From Candidatus Saccharimonadota bacterium (GTDB taxonomy: Bacteria; Patescibacteriota; Saccharimonadia; Saccharimonadales; UBA4665): 64,000 nt of DNA. The notes under the pieces are model-generated. The model was not told the origin of the DNA. It did not search any database and was given only the letters and a program-made list of their open reading frames with translations. The stretch covers positions 4,492 through 68,491 of the forward strand of contig JACMPL010000028.1 of assembly GCA_014377525.1 (NCBI GenBank). Direction: 5' to 3'. Shown here piece by piece: positions 17,626-27,026 of this stretch (positions within the stretch are counted from its first letter, which is position 1; every line of letters starts with the position of its first letter). Both the position numbers and the translations under genes were made by a program.

Positions 17626-18075
17626 ATCCTATAACTGGTAACCAGTAAACTGATCAATCTTTACCTAGCAGTTTGTAAACATTGGTTGGTAGTAATAAGT
17701 AAAACATCGGTATTAAAAATACAATTTACGGTTTTTAAAATGTCGGGGCGATTTAAACAAAATAATAATTCAGACAATACCACGCTGGTAAATTTATTGT
17801 CGAATAATAAAACTCCCACACGATTCATGATGAGCGACCACAATAATTATAAAAAGAGCGTAGGGCCATGTGACGTTAACTACGGAATTATTATTCAATT
17901 ATGGCAGACAGATGGTTAACTGTTTTCATAATAGGAGTGCTCAGCCATCATGCATACTTGCTTCATTAATACTCGCGTATTACAAAAGTAGTTTCCCTAC
18001 TGACTAGTTTATACTAGCGCAGGAAAACCACTTTTGAATTAACTCAGTAAGCGTCTAATGAGGATCGATAGATTG

Positions 18076-18870
18076 CTAAACTTTTGCTGTACCAAAAGCT
18101 AATTGCAAGGTAGTCCGAGCGGTCTTGGCGGCAGCTTTGTAAGTGGCGCTACTAGTCTTGAAGGCTGAATCACGTACTTGGCCAAGTTGCTTCAATTGGA
18201 CCGAAAGTCCGGTGTCAATTTTTCTATCTGATGTGAATGCTTCCCGTGCACTTTTAAGCGCAGCTTGAAATACTATTCGAATACTGGAACCGTCATTTGG
18301 TGTTGCCTGGCAATTCGCCTGAGCAGTAGACTCCGCAGCGATGACGGCCGTTTGGAATGTCGCCAATTGCTTATCGACGGTTGAACGTTGGCTAGTCATA
18401 GCATTAGTTGCCGCTATACGGTAAGTTTCTCGAGCTTGACTGTTAGCTATCCTCATTGAATCGACTGCGCCAGTTATTGATGCCTCGTAAGCTTTGATTG
18501 CAGTCGTTTTAGTTGCATCAGTACCCTTGGCTTCTAACTTCGTAAAGTTTGTTTGACGTTTCTGATCCCACATTGCTCGGTTGGCAGCAATTTCGCTGTC
18601 CCATTTAGTCTTGTTGGCAGCATGTTTCTGATCAGCTGACACGCGAGCATTCGCTAATTTAGTAATCCGGCTAGAGAAGTTAGCGTCGATGGTAGTAATA
18701 GTTGTCGGTAATTTCGTACAGAACGAACTGATTTTAGCAGTCCCAGAGCCCACCTTAGTTGTAGTGTTATCCAAAGCACTTACGATAGTTGGTGCACCGA
18801 TTCCAAAAGCAAAAATAGTTACCGTTAGACTCAGAATACTGCGCTGCAATGGTTTACAGAGTTGATTCAT
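18076..18870 (-). CDS. Secreted Ala/Thr/Ser-rich, probably helical protein (hypothetical)
   Basis: It has a signal-peptide-like N-terminus (SILSLTVTIFAFGIGAPTIVSA) and low-complexity helical composition. It overlaps the upstream pilin-like gene by 17 nt. Confidence 0.4.
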   Translation of the reverse strand: MNQLCKPLQRSILSLTVTIFAFGIGAPTIVSALDNTTTKVGSGTAKISSFCTKLPTTITTIDANFSSRITKLANARVSADQKHAANKTKWDSEIAANRAMWDQKRQTNFTKLEAKGTDATKTTAIKAYEASITGAVDSMRIANSQARETYRIAATNAMTSQRSTVDKQLATFQTAVIAAESTAQANCQATPNDGSSIRIVFQAALKSAREAFTSDRKIDTGLSVQLKQLGQVRDSAFKTSSATYKAAAKTARTTLQLAFGTAKV

Positions 18871-19201
18871 TGTATGCTCCTCCTACGTCGGTTGCAGCAC
18901 CATCGCTGTTAGTAGAAGAACTTTGATCACTACTAGCGTGCTTAGCGTCTATGCCAGATTCGCTATTAGCATCTTGTACTGTCACATTATCTACACTGGC
19001 CGTAGTACCAATTGGCGCTATCGACTGAGCAGCCGATGCGTCAACCGTTGCAGCTGGAGAACTTGATGTTGATGCTTTTCCAGTAGATGCAACCGAATGA
19101 CTACGGTGGTAAATGCTATAGCCAACACCACTTATGACAACTAATACGACTACCGCTAATAGACCTTCAATAACTGAGAAGCCTTGTTCATTTTTTCTCA
19201 T
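18854..19201 (-). CDS. Protein with a prepilin-type N-terminal cleavage/methylation domain (type IV pilin-like)
   Basis: MRKNEQ-GFSVIEGLLAVVVLVVISGVGY matches the class III signal peptide (G/FS.IE plus a hydrophobic helix). The start is placed at the ATG at 19201. Confidence 0.55.
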   Translation of the reverse strand: MRKNEQGFSVIEGLLAVVVLVVISGVGYSIYHRSHSVASTGKASTSSSPAATVDASAAQSIAPIGTTASVDNVTVQDANSESGIDAKHASSDQSSSTNSDGAATDVGGAYNESTL

Positions 19202-19307
19202 ATAGAACACTTTCTAACTTTAATATTTATTTACCTACAAAAAATTATATTACCAACATAAGCAATATGCAAATATACTACTCTCAAGTAATTGTAACCA
19301 ATTTGAC

Positions 19308-19328
19308 TAATACCCCATAGGGGTATTA
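19308..19328. promoter_or_regulatory. Perfect 9-3-9 palindrome TAATACCCC-ATA-GGGGTATTA, a CsoR-type operator candidate
   Basis: I read this directly from the sequence. It ends 10 nt upstream of the csoR-like ATG. ATACCCC/GGGGTAT-type GC-core palindromes are the known operator style of the CsoR family. Confidence 0.55.
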
Positions 19329-19338
19329 AACTGATAGC

Positions 19339-19623
19339 ATGATATCTGACATTAAACGACGTGCCCTACACAGGTCAAAAATCCTTCAAGGACAGCTTAA
19401 AGGTATCGAAAAGATGATCGATAACGAGGAATACTGTATGGATATCATCACACAATCACTGGCTGTCCAGAAGTCATTGGGTTCACTCAATAAGCTGCTG
19501 GTCGAAAATCATATCCGAACGCATGTTCACAAGTCCCTAACTTCTGGTAGCAATGCTGAGCAACTAGAGTCGATTGACGAGCTACTTGGTTTATACGAAT
19601 TAACACACGTCAGGGCAAGATAG
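19339..19623 (+). CDS. csoR: CsoR/RcnR/FrmR-family metal-sensing repressor
   Basis: The protein is 94 aa. RSKILQGQLKGIEKMIDNEEYCMDIITQSLAVQKSL..ENHIRTHV gives the family helix pattern with the Cys/His ligand positions. Confidence 0.8.
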   Translation: MISDIKRRALHRSKILQGQLKGIEKMIDNEEYCMDIITQSLAVQKSLGSLNKLLVENHIRTHVHKSLTSGSNAEQLESIDELLGLYELTHVRAR

Positions 19624-19651
19624 CTTTAGTAACTAAACGAAGGGTCATACT

Positions 19652-19918
19652 ATGATGCACAACAATTGGGATTACGGAAGCAACAATAGTGGAGATGGTT
19701 TTAGCTATATTTTTATGTTCCTATTCGTGATACTAGTTCTCGTCGTAGCTGTGTTTGTTATGCGACACTTTGTAAGCGGAGCAGCGACTAATGGCGGTGA
19801 CAACAAAACGCCCCATGAGCCTGTCGAAACAGCTCTAGACATCCTTAAAACACGCTACGTAAAAGGCGAAATTGATAAAAAGGAATACGACGAAAAGCGC
19901 AAAGACATTAGCGCTTAA
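19652..19918 (+). CDS. SHOCT-domain small membrane protein
   Basis: It has one TM helix and a C-terminal SHOCT pattern (LDILKTRYVKGEIDKKEYDEKRKDI). Confidence 0.65.
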   Translation: MMHNNWDYGSNNSGDGFSYIFMFLFVILVLVVAVFVMRHFVSGAATNGGDNKTPHEPVETALDILKTRYVKGEIDKKEYDEKRKDISA

Positions 19919-19971
19919 CAATGTGTCAGGATTCTAACTCAAAGTAGCGAGTTATTGTCACTATTATAAGA

Positions 19972-21402
19972 CTAATATTCCAGTTTATATTGTCGCTTCA
20001 GGTAGGAGCCGTAAGTAGTTGATTTTGCGCAGTCAACAACCGATTGGCAAACACCGCTATCAAACTTTGCATACTGCAAAAATGTTTGGGTTTTTTCTTG
20101 ACTGTCGCTAAACGTTAAATTGTCATGGATGCCATGTATTGGATAGCCGATATACGCATATAATGGCACCAAATTTTTAGGATTACTTACCGTACCAGAA
20201 CTATTTGAATATACTCGTTGGTAGGCTTTCTTGGTATATAAGCCGGTTGTGACATGGTCGCTATGATCTAAATACTTATTATTTTTATAACTTCGTTCGG
20301 AGCTTTGCGACCGAATGACCGACGGTTGGTAATACTTGATCAAAGTACCAAGCGCTGCTATGAGTTGGTCTGACGAGTACGTCGACTGCTCATCGACCGA
20401 ATGTATCATGGCAATCCTTTGAGTCGCTAATTTTGCTAAACTTTCATTGTTGGAGTTTTTGAAGCCACTCCCGTCGAAATTACCATCGGGAAGATGCATA
20501 AAAATCAGCGATATCTTTGGATTAGTTTTGGGTGTTGCGACCGTAATAAATTCAGTATCAGTCAGTTTAACTATTCGCTTAATCCATAAGTCATCACTTT
20601 CAGTAGTCATATGTGAGTACGCGACCTCTGAACCCTGTTCACGCGACAGCCAGTAAAATTGATCGAGTCCGGCATCGCCAGCAGTTAGATATATAGTACG
20701 TGAACATTTTTCAGACTTAATATCGCGTGATAAGTCAGGGCTAAGAAATAGCAAGTCGTCATCCTGATGGGCAACAATATTTAGGTCCGTCTGACCGCCA
20801 CAATCAGTCTTCTCAAGTAGTTGACTAAGCTGGATTGGAACTACTGTCGAAGGCCCTTGAGGTCGTAGTGGGGCATCAGGGGAATTCTTGAGAACGCCTT
20901 TATCGTAGAGTAATATAACCTCTTTAGGGTTAGTTAAGCTACCGGCAATCAATATACTAGCATTAGGCCGACCATATGCCGCAACAACCTGCGATAATGA
21001 GCATTTGGAATCCGTATTGGTCGCCTGGTTGGCCGTGTCATAGGTAAGCACGTAAGCAAAACTACTTTTTCGATAATCCAATTTGGTCGGATCGATTACT
21101 GATGCGGTATCAACTCGCGGGCAGCTCGTTAATGGTATTAACCCCTGATTACCTTTTACGACCGGCGACAGAGCCGTAATCTTACGGATTTGGCCGACCA
21201 GGTTACTAATTGGGTGTTGGCGTAATGCACTAGCAATTGCTGCATTCTGAATGGTAGCTTCGCTACTTTTACTTTGGACAGCATGCCATTTGAAGGCGAT
21301 AAGGACACAGCTTAGAAATACGATCAGCGCTAAGACTGCCACATAAATGCGATGCTTTGATATTGGTCGATGTTCGGTTTTATTAAATGTTTCTTTGGCC
21401 AT
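19972..21402 (-). CDS. Membrane-anchored PIG-L/LmbE-family deacetylase, paralogue of the C-terminal half of 28626-31184
   Basis: It has one N-terminal TM helix and the motifs NIVAHQDDDLLFLSPD (AHPDDE-type) and DHSDH (HxDH Zn motif). About 380 aa are collinear with the larger paralogue, including six conserved Cys. Confidence 0.7.
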   Translation of the reverse strand: MAKETFNKTEHRPISKHRIYVAVLALIVFLSCVLIAFKWHAVQSKSSEATIQNAAIASALRQHPISNLVGQIRKITALSPVVKGNQGLIPLTSCPRVDTASVIDPTKLDYRKSSFAYVLTYDTANQATNTDSKCSLSQVVAAYGRPNASILIAGSLTNPKEVILLYDKGVLKNSPDAPLRPQGPSTVVPIQLSQLLEKTDCGGQTDLNIVAHQDDDLLFLSPDLSRDIKSEKCSRTIYLTAGDAGLDQFYWLSREQGSEVAYSHMTTESDDLWIKRIVKLTDTEFITVATPKTNPKISLIFMHLPDGNFDGSGFKNSNNESLAKLATQRIAMIHSVDEQSTYSSDQLIAALGTLIKYYQPSVIRSQSSERSYKNNKYLDHSDHVTTGLYTKKAYQRVYSNSSGTVSNPKNLVPLYAYIGYPIHGIHDNLTFSDSQEKTQTFLQYAKFDSGVCQSVVDCAKSTTYGSYLKRQYKLEY

Positions 21403-21422
21403 TCTAAGCTATAATACCACTT

Positions 21423-22199
21423 ATGTTTAAGTTATTAACAGTCGTTGCGCATAGAGGTTACTCTAGCGAGGCGCCCGAAAATACCATTGCCGCATTCGAT
21501 CTTGCCTTGCGTTATGGTTACAGCGACATCGAATTTGATGTCCAACTGAGTAAGGACGGCGTGCCAATGGTACTGCATGACGAGTTGCTTGGTCGAACGA
21601 CGAATGGCCTCGGTAGGCTTGATGGCTATACCTATGCTCAGCTCAAGCAGCTAGACGCCGGTTCATGGTTTAACCCGAAATTTGGTGAACAACGTATTCC
21701 TAGCTTACTCGAACTACTGGCTCGCTACAAATCAAAAGCCCGTTTACATATCGAACTCAAATCAACTGAATTTGAGCTGGCCGAACGCGTTGTGCAAGCA
21801 CTCGATGTTAGCGGCTGGTTACAGGCCGATACCCTAATTGAACGTGTTATGAGTCGTCAGCCAAAACTAGTTATATCATCGTTTAAGCGTACACAGCTAG
21901 AACGATCTATAAAATTATTGCCAAATGTAGCACACGAATTACTCGTTGAAACAATCACCGAAGAAAGCATGCTCTGGGCATCTCGTAATGGCATACGGAG
22001 TTATCACCCGGATGGAAAAGACATCACACCGGAGTTTGTAGCGCGCGCTCACGAGCTTAACTTGCACGTCGGGGCCTGGTGGTGGACTCGCCGAGACCAG
22101 GATACCCAGCAGATTGCCACTTACGGCGTCCGATACGCATTTGTCGATGAACCAAAGGCTCATCAACGTAGATTGATAAAACGTCCATACTCTTCCTAA
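21423..22199 (+). CDS. Glycerophosphodiester phosphodiesterase
   Basis: The GDPD signature is present: VVAHRGYSSEAPENTIAAF, IEFDVQLSKDGVPMVLHDELLGRTTNG. Confidence 0.85.
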   Translation: MFKLLTVVAHRGYSSEAPENTIAAFDLALRYGYSDIEFDVQLSKDGVPMVLHDELLGRTTNGLGRLDGYTYAQLKQLDAGSWFNPKFGEQRIPSLLELLARYKSKARLHIELKSTEFELAERVVQALDVSGWLQADTLIERVMSRQPKLVISSFKRTQLERSIKLLPNVAHELLVETITEESMLWASRNGIRSYHPDGKDITPEFVARAHELNLHVGAWWWTRRDQDTQQIATYGVRYAFVDEPKAHQRRLIKRPYSS

Positions 22200-22383
22200 T
22201 GTAGGCCTATCCTGTTGTCCAATTTTTACTATCTACGATGTGTGTGTAATATCACGATGCGGTTTATTACTGTTTTGAAGTCGACTCAATTATAATAATA
22301 ATTCAAATTTACCAACAGATAAAATCATAAGCAGCTTATACAGATCGTCACAAGATTGCGTAAAAGTAATTGACAGTGATGGC

Positions 22384-22737
22384 ATGCTCATGTCATTTAA
22401 ACCACACGGCTTATCGATGATGGAGATTGATGATGAAAGACAGGTAATCGGTAAAGCTTGGTTAGATTTTTGGAGAGGCGACGTTCAAGATAAAGCAGCC
22501 ACCGCACTCGTAAAAGCACAGAGCGGCGAACTGGCTCGGTTCGAAGATTACTGTCCAACATTCAAAGTGACCATGAGATATTGGGCAGTTTTGATAGCGC
22601 CGTTGTTCGATGATTATGGAGAACTAATGTGGCTACTCGTTATTTCCCACGACACGACTAGCCAAAAAGAACTTGAAAAGCTTGAACGAAAACAATCAAA
22701 GCGCATTGAACAACGGTTACTAGTCGTTCGTAACTAG
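22384..22737 (+). CDS. Hypothetical protein, possibly PAS-like
   Basis: The resemblance to a PAS core is only weak (..RFEDYCPTFKVTMRYWAVLIAPLFDDYGELMWLLVISHDTT). It is an isolated ORF at the edge of a gene-poor region. Confidence 0.3.
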   Translation: MLMSFKPHGLSMMEIDDERQVIGKAWLDFWRGDVQDKAATALVKAQSGELARFEDYCPTFKVTMRYWAVLIAPLFDDYGELMWLLVISHDTTSQKELEKLERKQSKRIEQRLLVVRN

Positions 22738-23819
22738 TTACTATTAAATATATTACGAACGTAAGCTATCGGTCAATTTTGTCGCAAGCTTGATTTTTGG
22801 CCAAATGTGCCGAGCTTTTCATGCTGTACTCGTTTCTGATTTTCTGCTTTACATAATTAAAATCAACACCAAGCTTTTTATGAGGATTCAGTATATAGTA
22901 AGGCTCGAAAATATGATTTACCTAATTAAGAAATCTCCAATACTGGTTTAATCATTAAGGTGCTCCCAGTAAAAAATCTTTATGGGCACAAGTTACTGTA
23001 CCTCCCAGCTTGTGTACCATTACATAAGATTCGTCACTCAGCGCAAATTTTTTACAATCAGCCGCTTTTAGTAAATCTATAAACTGCTTCGTATCTAGCA
23101 AGTCGACTATCTGTCGATAAATTGCGTCTTCCAGAGTTTACCTGTTCGGACGCTTGTCTAGCTCATGTCGATCTACCTGCTAGAACTACTTGAATAGCAT
23201 CAACCTACTTGCTAGTAGCGCCATATTTGACCGTCTTCTCACCGGCAGCATTTTGGTAACTAAGCAACTAATCGTGCAGACGCCAACCGATGATGGATGG
23301 GATGGAATATATTGACCGCTTTCTTACGTTTATACTGCAAGTAACGTATACAAAGCCTGGCTAGACATCTATTTGGCAATTGCTAATTTGAAGAGTTTGA
23401 TTCGTGTGCTTGGTAAATTCAGCGATTATACCCACTTTTATAGGGATAACACTTGTTTGGATTAATTGCTACGAGCAGTCAATATGCTGGTGTCGTTACT
23501 TAATTCATTCAGCATATTTTCTGCGCGCACCAGCATTTAAACATTGTTTGAGCAATATAGAAATACGATTCCAATAGTTATTAGTCAGATTATTCCACAG
23601 TTAGTTGGCTTGATACTTATTCGCTAAATGAAGTCTGCTTAATTGCATTATGAAATATGTCGCAGTGCTTGCTCATGAATAGTCTACCGAGTATGAATCC
23701 GAAAAGATTGAACCGGTTGTAAACGCAGAAGTGCGCCGCTCTCCGCTTCGGGGTCCTATTAAGTCTAAAACACACTATAGCTATCCTTGAAATAATAACA
23801 GCGACCAAGGAGATTTGGG

Positions 23820-25022
23820 CTATCGAGGTGCTTTTACCGTTGCGGGAACATGACTTAATAAACTATCTGGATACGCCAATGTTGTAACATTTGGATTCAT
23901 CTGCGGTATGCCGTTTACGATCAGACCGATAGACGCAGCAATCTTATTGTAGGTATCCCTGGCCTCTGTTGGATTCGCATGACCTCCCTCAACAGGGTCT
24001 GTGTAAAACACATAGAATTGTAAATTATTTTCGGTCGTCAATTTTTTTAAACCTTCTCTCGAACGGTCATCGTATACTATCGTATCGTTAGCGACATTGG
24101 TGGGTTGCTGGAAGAATATTATAGGTGGAACTTTACCATTGTCAGCCTTCCCGAGTGTCCGTAGATTATTTGCAATATTCGCATTACGTATCATGCCATA
24201 CTGAGAATCAACTAATACGCCGCTGGCTGCATCTGGTGAAAGAAACTTGTCATGTACGATTTCTCGAGTGTTCTGTAATGTAGCCGACAGATTCAAGCTC
24301 ATCTCATTAATGTTTATATACTTTTTATGGCGGGCGGCCATTTCAAGGACGAATCGCAATGGCCGACTTTCAAGAGAACCTTTAAATGCCGATGCCATAT
24401 CAGACAAAACGTCACCAATTGTTCGTTGACTTTCACGAACATCATTTGGACTTCCTGGTGTGCAGTCGGCAATGACAGCCTTCACTTTGAGCCCGCTATC
24501 GCCGCCATATATGGTTGCCGCGACGGCAGCGGCGACCAAACCACCCATACTGTGCCCATCAAGTATCACTGACTTCTTACCTTCTAAGGTAGCTTTTTGA
24601 ACTACTAAGGCAGCTATTGATTCAGGATCGACGCCTTTATTATCGTAGGTAACAGCTTCGACATCACCCATTCGATCATAAGTTGGCAATGCTGAAGCAG
24701 TCGGGTAGGCGCTACGATTACCTAGTCCAGCCATCACAACAACCATGGTATCTTGATGTTCAGGAGACGAGGCTTTGTAGACGGACGTAAGTGAGGCATG
24801 CGTCTCAGCTAATTGACGGTCAACAATGGAAACATCCAACTCATAACCAAAGTTGGTAACAACAACGGCTGTAGATATTGCACCAATTTTTTTGATTCTA
24901 TTAATAAGACGATCGTGGACATTGCTTTTCATATCAGACTCATCTCGAGCCAAGGCTAAATCTACATCATGATGGAAATCATGATATCGCGGCAAGGATT
25001 CTGGATTCGTAGTGTTTGACAT
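23820..25022 (-). CDS. Alpha/beta-hydrolase (lipase/esterase-like, GHSMGG nucleophile elbow)
   Basis: VILDGHSMGGLVAAAVAA supplies the GxSxG elbow, and the surrounding strand/helix pattern fits an alpha/beta hydrolase. I could not assign a subfamily. Confidence 0.55.
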   Translation of the reverse strand: MSNTTNPESLPRYHDFHHDVDLALARDESDMKSNVHDRLINRIKKIGAISTAVVVTNFGYELDVSIVDRQLAETHASLTSVYKASSPEHQDTMVVVMAGLGNRSAYPTASALPTYDRMGDVEAVTYDNKGVDPESIAALVVQKATLEGKKSVILDGHSMGGLVAAAVAATIYGGDSGLKVKAVIADCTPGSPNDVRESQRTIGDVLSDMASAFKGSLESRPLRFVLEMAARHKKYININEMSLNLSATLQNTREIVHDKFLSPDAASGVLVDSQYGMIRNANIANNLRTLGKADNGKVPPIIFFQQPTNVANDTIVYDDRSREGLKKLTTENNLQFYVFYTDPVEGGHANPTEARDTYNKIAASIGLIVNGIPQMNPNVTTLAYPDSLLSHVPATVKAPR

Positions 25023-25067
25023 AATACTTTTTTATATTATAGCAAATTTATTTGTTTCCCCACTCTA

Positions 25068-25370
25068 TTATAACTTTAATGACCGCCAGTTGTCTGTAGC
25101 AACATAGTCGGAATTTACTTGTTCCATAATGAGCTCAAGCACTTCACTACTGCTATTGAGATACTCGACCATTGTTGCTACATTACCAATTTCAATATAT
25201 GGCGGTAGCTGAACTTGTGTATCGGTGTCAGTTCTCGTGAGACTAACCTCCGGTTCACAAACCGCTTGTACGCTATTATTGGATAGTTCAACAACTTGTG
25301 TAACTAGCTCAGCATGGAGAGTGGTAAATCGTAATTGTGCTGAATTCGACATAAATCTATGGGAAACCAC
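25068..25370 (-). CDS. Hypothetical acidic 100-aa protein immediately upstream of the lipase-like gene
   Basis: This rests on the ORF alone. A second ORF (25304-25486, minus strand) overlaps its 5' end in another frame, so the gene may be frameshifted. Confidence 0.3.
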   Translation of the reverse strand: MVSHRFMSNSAQLRFTTLHAELVTQVVELSNNSVQAVCEPEVSLTRTDTDTQVQLPPYIEIGNVATMVEYLNSSSEVLELIMEQVNSDYVATDNWRSLKL

Positions 25371-26140
25371 GCAGCCATTCGCTGCCCATCTGGAAGGTCA
25401 CTATGATCATAAAATACGGCAGAAGGCTCAACACTATCATAACGACCAGTCGAATTCAGTAAGTTTGCTCTCACAATCTCACTCATATGAAGCCATAACT
25501 CAAAGCTCTTATGCTATATGAGGTTATTTTCGTATTATCGGGAAATATAAAATTCCGATGGTCCGAGTAGTTGCATATTGTCTCCTATTGATATTATACG
25601 CAAATTTCTAGCTATGTAGATGGCAATAACTTAACATCGTTCGTAGGTTGCAAACAGAACAGCTACAACGGATTTAATCTCTATGAACGTGCTAAATACC
25701 AATTGCCCATCTTTTTTGCTACCAGATCCGAGCACCAAATGACAGAATCTTTCAGGGTAACTTACTCAATAACATCAAACTGCTTGATAATTGTGCCGCC
25801 GTAACTTAGCGAAGTTTGTTGGAAGCACGCTTAAATCTTTGATAATTTGCTTCATATTGCTACCGAAATTCATAAATTATGACGAACTCTGAGTGAACGA
25901 AAATTACTCGTAACCGACAGTTCATAAATTCATATTAATTTACGTAAACGATTCGCAAAATTGAACTGTTGTACTGTTACTAAGTAACGTACTGCTGATG
26001 ATCACGTCATTAAAAATTGATGTACAGTTCGCTGTGTGTTGTTGATATGCCCAATCATGAAGATTCGTATTTGTTTACGTCTGATTTTTACTATCAATTT
26101 ATTACAATGATCTTGCATCAGCAGTACCAACGAATTTGGC

Positions 26141-26166
26141 AGAGGGAGCCTGATAAGGCTCCCTCT
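26141..26166. terminator. 10-bp GC-rich hairpin AGAGGGAGCC-TGATAA-GGCTCCCTCT just downstream of the minus-strand hydrolase
   Basis: I read this directly from the sequence. It lies 24 nt beyond the stop of 26190-27026. The T-tract is short on the plus strand and absent on the minus strand. Confidence 0.4.
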
Positions 26167-26189
26167 TTGACATCCAAGGCTGGGGTCAA

Positions 26190-27026
26190 CTACTTATTTA
26201 AGAATTCAAGCAATGCGAAATTTACCTTTTCGGGTTGCGTGTAGGTTATGCCATGTGCACCGCCAGCAATGACAACTAACTCGCTGCCCTCGATAGCTTC
26301 GTGCGTCCGCTGGCCACTAACCTCAAACGGCACAATTTGATCGGCGTCACCATGCATAACAAGTGTTGGTACATCGAACTTGGCAAGATCTGCGCGGAAG
26401 TCGGTTGACGAAAATGCTGTAACGCAATCGGTGGCTGCTTTGGGGCTGGCCCAAACAGCAATATCCCAGGCATGTTGAATTGATTCTTGACTAAGAATTT
26501 CTTTCCCATCGGTATCCCAATTGACGAAATTTTTTGTAAACTGATGCAGAAATGCTGGACGATCAGCCATTAACCCGCTCAACATATTGTCGAACACGCT
26601 TTTATCAACACCGTCCGGATTGTCGTCAGACTTAAGCAAGTACGGCGTGACTGCACTCATTAGCACAATTTTTGAAATTCGTTCGCTACCATATGTTCCA
26701 ATGTAGCGAGCAATTTCGCCTCCACCCATAGAAAATCCAATTAAAGCGACATCATGTAAATTCAATTCAGTGATTAAAATATTGATATCTTTTGCAAAGG
26801 TATCGTAGTCATAACCGTTCCACGGCTTGTAGGACTCGCCAAAACCGCGGCGATCTGGTGCTATTACTCTATACCCGGCTTGAGTTAGTGCCGTAATTTG
26901 TTTTTCCCACATCCGGTGACTTAACGGCCATCCGTGTAATAAAATAACTGGTTTTCCTTCACCGTAATCGGCATAACTGATCTTTACTTCATTACTTTTT
27001 TCGGTACTAACAGTTATATATGGCAT
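26190..27026 (-). CDS. Alpha/beta hydrolase of the non-haem haloperoxidase/arylesterase type
   Basis: Supporting blocks are VILLHGWPLS, GFSMGGGEIARY, a C-terminal HGDADQIVP, and a GGAHG-type His region. Confidence 0.8.
   Translation of the reverse strand: MPYITVSTEKSNEVKISYADYGEGKPVILLHGWPLSHRMWEKQITALTQAGYRVIAPDRRGFGESYKPWNGYDYDTFAKDINILITELNLHDVALIGFSMGGGEIARYIGTYGSERISKIVLMSAVTPYLLKSDDNPDGVDKSVFDNMLSGLMADRPAFLHQFTKNFVNWDTDGKEILSQESIQHAWDIAVWASPKAATDCVTAFSSTDFRADLAKFDVPTLVMHGDADQIVPFEVSGQRTHEAIEGSELVVIAGGAHGITYTQPEKVNFALLEFLNK

Noticed and set aside
17661-17919. Two overlapping 60-77-aa ORFs in the Kup-downstream spacer.
   Set aside because: The spacer is very AT-rich, the ORFs lie on opposite strands over the same DNA, and neither has an RBS or a family resemblance.
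23617-23808. A 63-aa minus-strand ORF downstream of the lipase-like gene.
   Set aside because: It has no RBS, its composition is odd, and it sits in the decayed AT-rich stretch. I treated it as non-coding.
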